64,000 nt of DNA from an uncultured Candidatus Rokubacteria bacterium. GTDB taxonomy: Bacteria > Methylomirabilota > Methylomirabilia > Rokubacteriales > CSP1-6. Both the position numbers and the translations under genes were made by a program. Positions 10,964-20,989 of this stretch are shown in pieces (the stretch's first letter is position 1; every line of letters starts with the position of its first letter). A model generated the notes under the pieces. It worked only from the letters and a program-made list of their open reading frames with translations, did no database searches and was not told the origin of the DNA. The stretch lies in contig CAVWFS010000005.1 of assembly GCA_963754315.1 (NCBI GenBank), forward strand, positions 96,001 to 160,000, given 5' to 3'.

Positions 10964-12160
10964 ATGGAGGACGTTGCCAGCGAGCTGCGCCTGTTCCTGC
11001 AAGGCATCTGCTGTGACTACCTCCTGTTTCGCCATCTCGACGAGGGGCTGCCGCCTGAGGCCATCCGCATCAGGCAGGAGGTGGCCCTCGGCGCCGGCGC
11101 CTTCGCAGACATCGAGGTCCGCGCGGGCCAGGCGCCGCCGTACTTCGTCGAGATCGATACAGGCTACTCCCGCGATCGCCTGCTCGAGAGCGTCCGGCGA
11201 AAGTACAGCAAGCCCCTCCCCGCCACCGACGGTGCGACGCGGGTCGTGGTGGCTGCCGACGAGAGAGCCCTCGGCGATCGGACGAGTGTCGAGCGTGTGC
11301 TGCGCGAGACGCTGCGGCCCGAGCTGGCCCTCGAGATCTGGGACGAACGCCATCTGCTCCGGCTCCTCGGTGACCGCTTTGGCGTCTCGCTCGGCACGTT
11401 GGGCGAGGACGACCTGCTCGCCCTCCGAAACGCGGTCGACCACGCCAAGGGTGTCCACGCCTTCGGCGACGGATTCCAGAATGATCCCCTCCAGGCCACC
11501 CTGCTCTGGCACCTGGCCTTCTGGAACGTGCGCCGACTGCGAGAGGCCGGTCGGAGTCTGTCCCGTTCAATCCTGCCGCCCGGGCTCTACCGCGATGTCG
11601 TGGTCCTGGTAGCCGACCTCTGCTCCTACTCGAGCTACGTTCGCGACACGCGCGACGACGCGGTCTCGCGCCGCTCGTTGACGTCGTTCGCGTCGAGGAC
11701 GCGCCACCGTGTCGTCAACGACGGCGGCATGCTGTATCAGTTCCTCGGAGACTCCGTGGTCGGGCTCTTCGGCGTGCCCGAGCCGTCGCCGGGATACGTC
11801 GAACAGGCCGTGGAGTGCGCGCGGGGGCTGGTCGACATCGGCGCCTCGGTCGCGACCGAGTGGCAGCGTCAGATCGACCAGATCCAAACGGCCGCCGGCG
11901 TGCATGTCTCCATGGCCCTCGGCGACCTCCAGGTGCTCCCGCTCCGGCCTTTGAGCCGCACGCACATGGGCGTCATCGGCGACTCCATCAACCTCGCCGA
12001 CCGCCTCAACGCGGCCGCCGGATGCGACGAGATCGTCGTGAGCAATACGCTCTACCAGCGCTTGCCCGACGGCCTCCGCACGGAGTTTCAGGAGGTGCCG
12101 CCGGTCGAGGCGAAGAACATCGGGCGGATCCGTGCCTGGAAGCTCAACACGCTCCGTTAA
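10964..12160 (+). CDS. Class III nucleotide cyclase with N-terminal restriction-endonuclease-like domain
   Basis: VVVLVADLCSYS, YQFLGDSVVGLFG, IGDSINLADRL, VEAKN; N-terminal QEV...ADIEV...FVEID and LEIWDERHLL. Confidence 0.75.
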   Translation: MEDVASELRLFLQGICCDYLLFRHLDEGLPPEAIRIRQEVALGAGAFADIEVRAGQAPPYFVEIDTGYSRDRLLESVRRKYSKPLPATDGATRVVVAADERALGDRTSVERVLRETLRPELALEIWDERHLLRLLGDRFGVSLGTLGEDDLLALRNAVDHAKGVHAFGDGFQNDPLQATLLWHLAFWNVRRLREAGRSLSRSILPPGLYRDVVVLVADLCSYSSYVRDTRDDAVSRRSLTSFASRTRHRVVNDGGMLYQFLGDSVVGLFGVPEPSPGYVEQAVECARGLVDIGASVATEWQRQIDQIQTAAGVHVSMALGDLQVLPLRPLSRTHMGVIGDSINLADRLNAAAGCDEIVVSNTLYQRLPDGLRTEFQEVPPVEAKNIGRIRAWKLNTLR

Positions 12161-12286
12161 CCCGATTCGCCTCTGGCACACGCCTAGAGACTGATCCGCG
12201 ATTGGTCGAGGTCTGGTAGTAGGATCGCTGGAAGTGAAAGCCAGCTGACGTGTCCACCTTCGAGGGAGCAGGACCGGGAGGCGCAG

Positions 12287-13390
12287 ATGACGGACAAGAT
12301 TCGCGTCGGAATCGTGGGAGCGACGCTCACGCAAGGGGGCAGCGGGTGGGGGGCCAATGCCCACGTGCCCGCGCTGAAGGCTCTGCCCCACTACTCGCTG
12401 AAGGCGGTCTGCACCGCACACGAGGACACCGCCAAGGCTTCAGCCGCGGCGTTTGGTGCCGAGCGGGCGTTCCATCGGTTCAGTGACATGGCGGCGTCTC
12501 CGGACGTCGACCTCATCGTCGTCTGCGTGCGGGTGCCCGGCCATCGAGAGCTGGTCATGGCCGGCCTGCAGGCGGGAAAGGCCGTGTTCTGCGAGTGGCC
12601 GCTCGGCGCAAATCTGGCCGAAGCGGAAGAAATGGCCGGGCTCGCCCGCCAGCGCTCCCTGACGAACATCGTCGGTCTGCAGGCACGCAGCGACCCGACG
12701 ATTCTGTACGCGGCCGACCTCGTCCAGGGGGGCCACATCGGCGAGGTGCTCACGGCGAACCTGAGCACCGTGACCCAGGCCCAGCTGCAGCGAGGCCCAG
12801 GCCGCATCTGGCAGGGCGTACGCGCCAACGGTGCCAACACGCTGACCATCACCGGCGGCCACGCCATCGACGCCCTGTGTGCCGTGCTCGGTGAGTTTGC
12901 CGAGGTCTCGGCACGCGTGTCGACCCGAATCCCGGAGTGGCGGACTCCGGAAGGAAAGTCGGTCCCCGTTGACGCGCCGGACAGCATCAACGTCATCGGC
13001 CGCATGGTGAGCGGCGCCGAGGTCTCGATCAACGTGGCCGCCGTTCCCTCGAATCCCGGGGGAAACCGAATGGAGATCTATGGCCGCGAGGGCGCTCTCG
13101 TCATCCGGGCGGATGGCTCCCTCAACATCGGACCGAGTCACGTGTACGCGGGCAAGGGGAAAGACCCCCTGGCGCCAATGCCGGTGCCGTCCAAGTACAC
13201 GATCGCCCCCGCGGATACGCCGGCCGGCGGGCCGGTCAACGTCGCTCAGGCCTACGCGCGCATGGCCGACGCCCTCCGCGCAGGTCGGTCGTTCGACATT
13301 GACTTCAACCTCGCCGTCCAGCGCCACAAGCTGATCGACGCGATCGAGCGATCCTCCGCGTCGGGCCGGTCCATCAGATTGGTCCCGTGA
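12287..13390 (+). CDS. Gfo/Idh/MocA family oxidoreductase
   Basis: IRVGIVGA, AGKAVFCEWPLG, GGHAID. Confidence 0.9.
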   Translation: MTDKIRVGIVGATLTQGGSGWGANAHVPALKALPHYSLKAVCTAHEDTAKASAAAFGAERAFHRFSDMAASPDVDLIVVCVRVPGHRELVMAGLQAGKAVFCEWPLGANLAEAEEMAGLARQRSLTNIVGLQARSDPTILYAADLVQGGHIGEVLTANLSTVTQAQLQRGPGRIWQGVRANGANTLTITGGHAIDALCAVLGEFAEVSARVSTRIPEWRTPEGKSVPVDAPDSINVIGRMVSGAEVSINVAAVPSNPGGNRMEIYGREGALVIRADGSLNIGPSHVYAGKGKDPLAPMPVPSKYTIAPADTPAGGPVNVAQAYARMADALRAGRSFDIDFNLAVQRHKLIDAIERSSASGRSIRLVP

Positions 13391-13416
13391 GGGAGCCGTC
13401 GACCTAGCTCGTCGTG

Positions 13417-13468
13417 CGGCGCGGTCGGAGGGACTGGCTTCGAGAAGGGCCGTTCCCCGACCGCGCCG
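13417..13468. terminator. Long GC-rich inverted repeat downstream of the Gfo gene
   Basis: cggcgcggtcgg (13417-13428) is the exact reverse complement of ccgaccgcgccg (13457-13468); no U-tract. Confidence 0.45.
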
Positions 13469-13539
13469 GCCGACGCGAGGCGTCACCGCCGCCGGCTGGA
13501 CGGTGAAGGAACGGCTTGGCGTAAGATTCAGGTGACGTC

Positions 13540-16500
13540 ATGGCGTTGGCGAAGACGACCCGTCCCACGCAGACGGGGACCCTCGTGCGGCCGCGGCTCG
13601 TCCGGCGGCTCGATCTGGCCGGGAAGAAACCGGTCACCTGGGTGTGGGCGCCGCCGGGCGCGGGCAAGACGACCCTGGTCGCGAGTTACCTTGCGGCACG
13701 CAAGACCCGCGGGCTCTGGTACCAGGTCGACGAAGGCGACGCGGACGTCGCGACCTTCTTCTACTATCTCGGCCTAGCCGCGCCCCGCCGCCGGCGGCCG
13801 CTGCCCCTGCTGACGCCTGAGCACCACGAGGGGATCGCCGTGTTCGCGCGGCGCTTCTTCCGCGAGCTGTACAGTCGGCTGAAGCCGCCCTTCACCCTCG
13901 TCTTCGATAACTATCAGGACGTTCCGCCCGACTCCGCCCTCCACGACGTCATGGCAGAGACGGTCGACGAGATCCCGACGAGCGGGCGGCTCGTCTTCAT
14001 CAGCCGAAGCGACCCACCGCCGGCCTTCGCCCGTCACCGCGTCCACCAGCATCTGGAGATGATCGATTGGGCCCAGCTCCGGTTCACGCGGACCGAGGCC
14101 GCGCAGCTGGCCCGGAAGCTCGCGCCGGGACGCTGGCCCCGCGAGACGATCCGCTCCCTGCACGACATCGCCGATGGCTGGTGCGCCGGGCTCGTGCTGC
14201 TGCTCGATCAGCTCCGCTCGCAAGGCCGGGCGTCACCGGCGCCACGCGAGCCATCGTCGGAGGTCTTGTTCGACTACTTTGCGGGTGAGATCTTCAAGAA
14301 CGCCGATCCCGCCGTCCAGCAGGTGCTGCTTCACACCGCGTTCCTGCCGCAGGTGACCCCCGCGATGGCCGTGACGCTCACGGGCGAGCCGACCGCCGGC
14401 GAGATTCTCGCCACGCTGCACGAGCAGAACTACTTCACCAACAAGCAGGCGCTCAGCGGTGAGCCGGTGTATGAGTACCACCCACTCTTCCGCGACTTCC
14501 TCCTGTCGCAGGCGCTGCGGGTCTACCCGCCGGCCGATCGCGCCAGGATCCGCCGGACGGCGGCGGGCCTCCTTCACGCCGCGGGCCACATCGAGGCGGC
14601 GGCCCGGCTGCTGCGCGACGCCGAGGACTGGGCCACGCTCGCACAGTTGATCCATCGCCATGCGCAAAGCCTGGTGGCTCAGGGCCGGGCCCAGACCCTG
14701 GAGGAGTGGCTGCAAGGCATACCCGAGGCGATCTTCACCGAGCAGCCATGGCTGCTCTTCTGGCGGGGGTGGATGGCGCAGCATCACGCCGACCGCCGAC
14801 ACAGCCTCGAGCAAGCGTTCACGGCCTTCCGCCACCAGGGGGACACGACCGGGATGTTCCTGGCCTGGGCGGGCGTGATCTTCGCGTACATGAGCGAGGG
14901 CGTCTTGATCCCCATGGACCGCTGGATCGCTCTGCTCGACGACATCATGCAGGATGCTCCAGCATTTCCTTCGAAAGGGGTCGAGGTGCGCGTCGCCACG
15001 GCGATGCTTGTCGCGACCACGATGCGGCAACCGTCCCATCCCCAGGCGGCGCAGTGGGCCGAGCGAGCCATCGAGGTGGCGCGGCGGCACCCGGACCCAT
15101 TCACGAGGGCAATCGCCGCCCTCGCCTGGTTTCAGCATCAGCTCCAGGTCGGTGATCTTGCCCAGGTGGTGGTGGTGGTCGATGAGATGCGGACGGTGAT
15201 ACGTGCGCGCGACGTCTCCCCGATCGCGGCCGTGAACGGCCGGATGGTGGTGGTCTGGTACGAAGCGGCCATGGCGCTGCCGTCGTACCGGCGCACGGTG
15301 GCCCAGATGCTCGAGCTGGTGCCGACGACGGGCGGGTCGTCTCCGGCGCGACGCATGGTGCTCTGTGGCGGCCTCATGGGAGCCCTGAGCGACGGCGATC
15401 TCGAGACATCGGCCGCGTGGCTGCAAGAGCTGGAACGAGACCTCCACCTGCTCGGGCCGATGTTTCACTTCTGGCACCACTGCTTCATCGTGTGGGAAGC
15501 CCTGATCCGCCGCGACGTCGGGCGCGCGGCTATCTACCAGCCCGAGATGTTGCGACTGGCCCTCCAGGCAGGATGCGTTCTGGACGAGGTGATCGCTCAT
15601 CTCATGTCGGCCCAGGTGCTTCACGCGCGCGGCGAGGAGCGAGAGGCGCGCGGGCATCTCGACCGGGGATTCGAGATCGGACGCGTCATGGGCAGCGCCT
15701 ACGTCGAGTTCATGGCTCGTCTGACGGAGGCGCAGCTTTGCCTGGACGGCGACCACGAGACCGACGGCCTGCAGGCGCTTGCCCGGGCGCTGGCGCTCGG
15801 CCGGGAGCACGGCTACGTGAACTCCCGGGTGTGGATTCCGGCGGTCATGGCGCGCCTGTGCGCCCGCGCGCTGGAGGCGGGCATCGAGGTGGACTACGTG
15901 CGCGGCCTCATCCAGAAGCGCGGTCTCGTGCCGGAGAGCCCGCCGGTAGAAGTGGAAGCGTGGCCGTGGCCGATCAAGATCCTCACCCTCGGGCGGTTCG
16001 AGGTGCTGCGCGACGGCGAGCCGGTCCGGTTCGCCCACAAGGTGCAACGCAAGCCTCTGGCCCTGCTGAAAGCCATGATCGCATTCGGTGGCCGGACCGT
16101 GCGCGAAGATCTGGTGATGGACGCGCTCTGGCCCGAGGCCGAAGGCGACCTTGCGCGCGTGGCGCTGGCCAGCGCGCTGCACCGGCTGCGGGCCCTCCTG
16201 GGCCGTGAGCAGGCCGTCCTCCGTCAGGAGGGGCAGCTGAGTCTGGACACGAGACTCTGCTGGGTGGACGTCTGGGCGGTGGAGCGCCTGCTGGGACGCG
16301 CGGAGACCGCGGCCAATCCCCGGGAGCTCATACGGAAAGCCGCCAGCCTCTACCGGGGCCCGTTCCTCGACGAGCGGGAGGCCGAGCTGCCCCAGGCCAC
16401 GGCGCTGGCCGAGAGCCTCCGTCGTCGCCTGCTCCGGCAGCTCGTACGCGCCGGGCGGCAGTGTGAGTCGGCGAATCGGCAGGAGGCCGTGGCCTGGTAC

Positions 16501-16692
16501 GAAGAAGCGCTCCGCGTGGACCCGTGTGCCGAGGACGCGTGCCGGAGCCTCATGACTGCCTACCACCGGCTCGAGCGCTCCGCCGATGTGGTGGCTACCT
16601 ATCAGCGCTGCCGCACCGCCCTCGCCACCGTCCGGGGCCTCGCCCCTTCCGCAGAGACCGAGGGGCTCTTCAAGACTCTTTCCGTCCGCTAA
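13540..16692 (+). CDS. MalT-like ATPase/TPR transcriptional regulator with C-terminal winged helix + BTAD (SARP-type)
   Basis: LVRPRL, APPGAGKTT, LVFDNYQ, YHPLFRDFL; TLGRFEV, ALWPEA, WVDVWA, LYRGPFL, GLAPSAET. Confidence 0.9.
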   Translation: MALAKTTRPTQTGTLVRPRLVRRLDLAGKKPVTWVWAPPGAGKTTLVASYLAARKTRGLWYQVDEGDADVATFFYYLGLAAPRRRRPLPLLTPEHHEGIAVFARRFFRELYSRLKPPFTLVFDNYQDVPPDSALHDVMAETVDEIPTSGRLVFISRSDPPPAFARHRVHQHLEMIDWAQLRFTRTEAAQLARKLAPGRWPRETIRSLHDIADGWCAGLVLLLDQLRSQGRASPAPREPSSEVLFDYFAGEIFKNADPAVQQVLLHTAFLPQVTPAMAVTLTGEPTAGEILATLHEQNYFTNKQALSGEPVYEYHPLFRDFLLSQALRVYPPADRARIRRTAAGLLHAAGHIEAAARLLRDAEDWATLAQLIHRHAQSLVAQGRAQTLEEWLQGIPEAIFTEQPWLLFWRGWMAQHHADRRHSLEQAFTAFRHQGDTTGMFLAWAGVIFAYMSEGVLIPMDRWIALLDDIMQDAPAFPSKGVEVRVATAMLVATTMRQPSHPQAAQWAERAIEVARRHPDPFTRAIAALAWFQHQLQVGDLAQVVVVVDEMRTVIRARDVSPIAAVNGRMVVVWYEAAMALPSYRRTVAQMLELVPTTGGSSPARRMVLCGGLMGALSDGDLETSAAWLQELERDLHLLGPMFHFWHHCFIVWEALIRRDVGRAAIYQPEMLRLALQAGCVLDEVIAHLMSAQVLHARGEEREARGHLDRGFEIGRVMGSAYVEFMARLTEAQLCLDGDHETDGLQALARALALGREHGYVNSRVWIPAVMARLCARALEAGIEVDYVRGLIQKRGLVPESPPVEVEAWPWPIKILTLGRFEVLRDGEPVRFAHKVQRKPLALLKAMIAFGGRTVREDLVMDALWPEAEGDLARVALASALHRLRALLGREQAVLRQEGQLSLDTRLCWVDVWAVERLLGRAETAANPRELIRKAASLYRGPFLDEREAELPQATALAESLRRRLLRQLVRAGRQCESANRQEAVAWYEEALRVDPCAEDACRSLMTAYHRLERSADVVATYQRCRTALATVRGLAPSAETEGLFKTLSVR

Positions 16693-16885
16693 GTTACCGG
16701 ATTCCTCGCCGGGTCGTGGTCTCGCCCGCGCTGTGCCGCGGGACAGGAAGCCACGGCCCACCAGCTCCACCGTTCCCGAATCCGAACACGATCGGTCATC
16801 GCGTGGCGATAGCGTGCATCACGTGAGACGGACGGTCACGGTCCTTGACGCTCGAGCAACTGATCACGAGCCGAGGAGGTCGTCA

Positions 16886-17330
16886 TGGAACGAACTGTCG
16901 TCTCGTCCTGGTCCTCATGCTCCTGACGCTCCACGGTCCGCGCTGGCCATTGTCACGCACGCAGAATCCGAACACCGCCAACGTCGGTCATCGCCAGTCG
17001 CCGCGGAGCAGATCGGCGCATGGACAGCCCAACCGGAACGCCTTCGTCGTGGAGAACATCTTCACGGACTTCAAGCGGACGACCTCGGGCTCAACTTCCA
17101 CGAGCGCGACTACGACCACGTTCGCACCACTGCCGGACCACGCCGCTGTGCGGAATGGGCATCGACGGCCCACTACGGGACCTTCCTCAACTCGCTCGTC
17201 ATCTTCCCGCCTGACGACACACCCTCGAACCTCGACCCGGGGAACCGGGCGACCGCCGGCTATCCCCAGTTCGGCGCGCGGCAGCATCCGCCTGGGCGCG
17301 CTGTTCAATGACCCCGCCGATCCCGAATAG
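16886..17330 (+). pseudogene. Heavily frameshifted or truncated putative secreted protein
   Basis: GGAGG + ATG at 16886; coding-like pieces alternate between frames (LVLVLMLLTL; NRNAFVVENIFTDFK; DDLGLNFHERDYDHVR; HYGTFLNSLVIFPPDD). Confidence 0.45.
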
Positions 17331-17353
17331 TCCCGTGCAATCCAACACGGAGT

Positions 17354-17385
17354 GTGGCTCGAGGCATGCTCACGCCTCGAGCCAC
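17354..17385. terminator. Perfect 12-bp hairpin between convergent genes
   Basis: gtggctcgaggc-N8-gcctcgagccac. Confidence 0.55.
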
Positions 17386-17465
17386 CAGCGCGTCCGGCAG
17401 ACGTGAGTGCTGCTGGGCATCGGCGTCGGCTTCTGAACAGCACGGAGAGCGAAAGGTCGGCGGAG

Positions 17466-18848
17466 TCATACGTGCGGACCGCTGACCAGGCCCGGGGTGC
17501 CGCCCTCCTCCCGCAGCAGGTCAACCAGGTCGCCTAGCCGCGGCAGGTCATCGAGCCGGTCGACGAGTGCCTCCACCCGCGCCACGCCGGCCGGGCTGAG
17601 CACCAAGCCGCCCAGCTCTCGAAATTTTGCTCGAAGCTCGCCTTCGTCGTACGGGTCCTGATAGTCACCGCGGGCGCTCTCGCGCGTCCTTGTTACCTGA
17701 CGTCCATCGGTGAAGGTGACGGTGACCCGCGCCGGCTTGAGCCGTGGCACGTTTGCGCTCAAGTCGGCGTCCTCGCGAACATTGACCCGCCGGCGGAACG
17801 CCGCGATCCTGGGCTCCCGAACGGCTTCCTCGGTAAAGGCGTGATAGCCGACACTACCTCGTAGCACCAAGGCGGCCGCCGCATGGGGGAGCGAGTACCT
17901 GGCCGCGAACGGGTTGACCGGGTCGCGCTCGCGCATGTTCGCGGCGAACGCGTAGGTCGACACGTCGATGCGCTCGATGCTGGCGGGAGTGGGCCGACAG
18001 TCGGTGAGAATGTCTTCCAGCGCGTCCAGCGCCGTGTAGATCGGATTGCAGCAAGCACGCAGCCGAAAGTAGTTGCGCGTAATCTCCCACCGCTGGCCCA
18101 GTTGTTCAGTCAGGGCCTCGGGCCTGAACCCGTCGCCGACCAATTGGCCGAAGGCCTCCTCGATAGCGTTCGGCTGAGCGACAACGCCAGCCAGCGCTAG
18201 CTCCGGCGCGAGGATCCCGGCGAAGCCGCTCATTCCTCCAGCGACGTTCAGCGCAGTGGCCCCCGCAACCGCGTTCGGGTAGCCGGGGGTAAGGACGAGG
18301 ATCGCGCCGATCCTGAGGGCGAGGCTCATGTGGGCGCTGGTCAGCCTGCGCAGCCGCCCTCCGGCAGCCACTGCCCCCAGAAGAGGTGCCTGGCCGTTCT
18401 GATGGGCGAGCGGCCGGGCCGTGAGCCCCGCCCCGAGTCGGACCGCAACCTCGTAGCCGAAAATCAGCGCGGCCAGGGTCTCCCCGCCCGACCGCTCGAG
18501 CCATTGGGCGCTGGCCAGCACAGTGGGCAGGACCTGCACGGCCGCCTGGCAGGAGACATAGCGATGCCCCTCGCACAACTCGATCGAACGTCCGGCCAGT
18601 CCATTGAGCAGGGCCGCCGTGCGCGGGTCCGTCGTGGGCCAGGGCGGCGCATAGACTGTCGCGCCCTGACCACCTGTCGCCGTCAGTCGCGCTCGCGCGG
18701 CGGCCACCTCGGGCTGTCCCGAACCGGCGAGAATGACGCCAAGCGTATCCAGCAGCACAAGCTTGGCGTGTCCGCGAACAGGCTCGGGAATGGTTTCCCA
18801 TCGCGAGCTCGCCACGAAGTGCGCCAGTTCCTCGATCGCGTTACCCAT
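17466..18848 (-). CDS. MmgE/PrpD family protein
   Basis: LLDTLGVILAG, AALLNG, GYEVAVRLG, ARYSLPH. Confidence 0.85.
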   Translation of the reverse strand: MGNAIEELAHFVASSRWETIPEPVRGHAKLVLLDTLGVILAGSGQPEVAAARARLTATGGQGATVYAPPWPTTDPRTAALLNGLAGRSIELCEGHRYVSCQAAVQVLPTVLASAQWLERSGGETLAALIFGYEVAVRLGAGLTARPLAHQNGQAPLLGAVAAGGRLRRLTSAHMSLALRIGAILVLTPGYPNAVAGATALNVAGGMSGFAGILAPELALAGVVAQPNAIEEAFGQLVGDGFRPEALTEQLGQRWEITRNYFRLRACCNPIYTALDALEDILTDCRPTPASIERIDVSTYAFAANMRERDPVNPFAARYSLPHAAAALVLRGSVGYHAFTEEAVREPRIAAFRRRVNVREDADLSANVPRLKPARVTVTFTDGRQVTRTRESARGDYQDPYDEGELRAKFRELGGLVLSPAGVARVEALVDRLDDLPRLGDLVDLLREEGGTPGLVSGPHV

Positions 18849-19058
18849 CGCCGCGCGCCATGACTGTCTCTGGGTGACTCACATCCCGCTAGCGTATAGG
18901 CGTCGCCCGAGATGTTTCAACTCGCCCTCAGCGGTCTGGTCTCGCCATTGCGCCCCTTCCACCCACCCAGGGCGCTTGACGGGACCGCCGCCGAGCGCGA
19001 TCCTCCCTTGCACGGGAGAGGCACGAGCGAAGATAGTGGTGCCCAAGGAGCCCTTACC

Positions 19059-19994
19059 ATGTCTGATGGTGTGAGTGGCGGATTGTCCAAGCGCATCGAG
19101 CAACTGGCCCCAGAGCTGGAGAAGATCATCTCCCCGTCTGAGACCATCCACGAGCTGGCCGATGGATTCGGCGGCCCACACGGGCCGGCCGAGGGACCGC
19201 TCTGGTGGAAGGAAGGCCGGTATCTGCTCTTCAGCGATATCCACAACAGCAAGCGCATGAAGTATCTGCCCAGCCAGGGCGTCTCCCTATTCCAGGAGCC
19301 GACGAACCGGGCCAATGGGCTGACCAGGGATCTGCAGGGTCGGCTGCTTGCCTGCGAGCACGACACGCGGCGCGTCACCCGCCAAGAGCTCGACGGCAGC
19401 CTCACCGTGATCGCCAACTGCTTTCAGGGCCGCCAGCTCAATCGCCCCAACGACGTTGTGGTCAAGTCCGACGGCTGCATTTACTTCACCGACCCCTGGA
19501 CCAGCCCTGCCCCGGCCCAGCAATGGGATTTGACCTTTTCTGGCGTGTACCGCCTCACTCCCGATCTGGGCACCATGACCCTCCTGGTCGATGACTTCGT
19601 GCTGCCCAACGGACTCGCCTTCTCCCCGGATGAAAGCGTGCTCTACATCAACGACACGCGCCGCGGTCACATCCGGGCCTTCGATCTGCTGCCCAACGGC
19701 ACCCTCGCCAAGCACACCGATCGCGTCTTCGCCGACCTGCGGGGAGCAGAGCCTGGCGTTCCCGACGGCATGAAGGTGGATGTGGAAGGCAATGTCTACT
19801 GTGGCGGGGCTGGGGGCCTCTGGATCATGGACCCGCGCGGCAAGAAGCTCGGCCGCATCGTTCACGGGGCTCCGGCTACCACCAACCTGGCCTTCGGCGG
19901 CGATGACTGGAAAACGCTGTACTTCACCAGCCGGAGTCACCTAGGCGCGGTCACGTTGAAGATCGCGGGCATCCCTGTGCCGGTGACGAAGTAG
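19059..19994 (+). CDS. SMP-30/gluconolactonase family protein
   Basis: EGPLW, LFSDI, NRPND, PNGLAFSPD, PDGMKVD; ATG at 19059 after AAGGAG. Confidence 0.9.
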   Translation: MSDGVSGGLSKRIEQLAPELEKIISPSETIHELADGFGGPHGPAEGPLWWKEGRYLLFSDIHNSKRMKYLPSQGVSLFQEPTNRANGLTRDLQGRLLACEHDTRRVTRQELDGSLTVIANCFQGRQLNRPNDVVVKSDGCIYFTDPWTSPAPAQQWDLTFSGVYRLTPDLGTMTLLVDDFVLPNGLAFSPDESVLYINDTRRGHIRAFDLLPNGTLAKHTDRVFADLRGAEPGVPDGMKVDVEGNVYCGGAGGLWIMDPRGKKLGRIVHGAPATTNLAFGGDDWKTLYFTSRSHLGAVTLKIAGIPVPVTK

Positions 19995-20032
19995 CCGTCG
20001 AGACATCACCCGAGGAGGCAGACGCGCGACAG

Positions 20033-20953
20033 ATGGCCCTGAAAGACACGATCGCACTCGGCATGTCCCTGCCGCATCGCTCCCCCGATCCGATCGACCT
20101 GATGACGGTACGTCAGGTCGCCCAGCGCGCCGATTCGCTGGGGTTTCGCGACCTGTGGGTGACGGAGAACACCTTGGATCACGTGTTCTCCTTCGATCCC
20201 ATGGTCGTGCTGACCTACGCGGCCTCGGTCACGCAAGCCATCCGGGTGGGGGTGTCGGTGGCCGTCCTGCCCGTTCACAATCCCATCCACGTGGCGCACC
20301 AGGTAGCCACCCTGGACTACGTGAGCAACGGCCGCGCGATCCTCGGCGTCGGATTGGGCCGGAACGACCACTACACGCACTTCCAGGTCTCCCTGGATCA
20401 CCGCGTCCGGCGCTTCCGGGAGGGGGTCGAAGTCATCAAAGCGCTGTGGACCGAGCCGAAGGTCAGCTACCAGGGCAGCATCATCCGCCTCGAAGGCGGG
20501 GCCATGCCACTCAAGCCGGTGCAGAAGCCGCACCCGCCGATCTGGCTGGGCGGCGGCCATCCGGACGCGCTTCGCCGCGCGGCAACCATGGCCGACGCCT
20601 GGATGGGCGCCGGTGGCTCGAGCACGACCGATTTCTCTCGTCATGTCCCCATCCTGAAATCGGCACTGGAAAAAGCCGGGCGAGATCCGGCGGTCTTTCC
20701 CATCTCAAAGCGCGTGTTCCTGTCAGTGCACGAACGCCCTGAGGTCGCCCGGGCCGAGGTGCACCGCTGGTACACCGCCGTGTACAAGAACCCCGACGGG
20801 ACCGACGCCTCGGGTGTGCACGGCACACCGGAGCAGGTGCGGGAGCGGCTGGAGGCGCTGGTGGACATGGGAGCGAATCATCTTCTCCTCAACCCGGTCT
20901 GCCGCTATGCCGAGCAACTGGAAGCGCTGGCGAGGGTGGTGGGACTCGCCTAA
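20033..20953 (+). CDS. LLM-class flavin-dependent oxidoreductase
   Basis: ATLDYVSNGRAILGVGLG, PKPVQKPHPPIWLGG-like motif. Confidence 0.9.
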   Translation: MALKDTIALGMSLPHRSPDPIDLMTVRQVAQRADSLGFRDLWVTENTLDHVFSFDPMVVLTYAASVTQAIRVGVSVAVLPVHNPIHVAHQVATLDYVSNGRAILGVGLGRNDHYTHFQVSLDHRVRRFREGVEVIKALWTEPKVSYQGSIIRLEGGAMPLKPVQKPHPPIWLGGGHPDALRRAATMADAWMGAGGSSTTDFSRHVPILKSALEKAGRDPAVFPISKRVFLSVHERPEVARAEVHRWYTAVYKNPDGTDASGVHGTPEQVRERLEALVDMGANHLLLNPVCRYAEQLEALARVVGLA

Positions 20954-20989
20954 CCGCCTCGGCAAGACCAGGCACTGACGGAGGAAGGG

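Noticed and set aside
12160..12287. Possible riboswitch upstream of the Gfo gene
   Set aside because: Only a short hairpin (gctgg...ccagc) is present; I recognise no aptamer consensus.
14233..16770. Long antisense ORFs (e.g. 845 aa here; also 5427..7457, 51101..52714, 39179..40684)
   Set aside because: They are shadow ORFs of real high-GC genes on the opposite strand and show no motifs.
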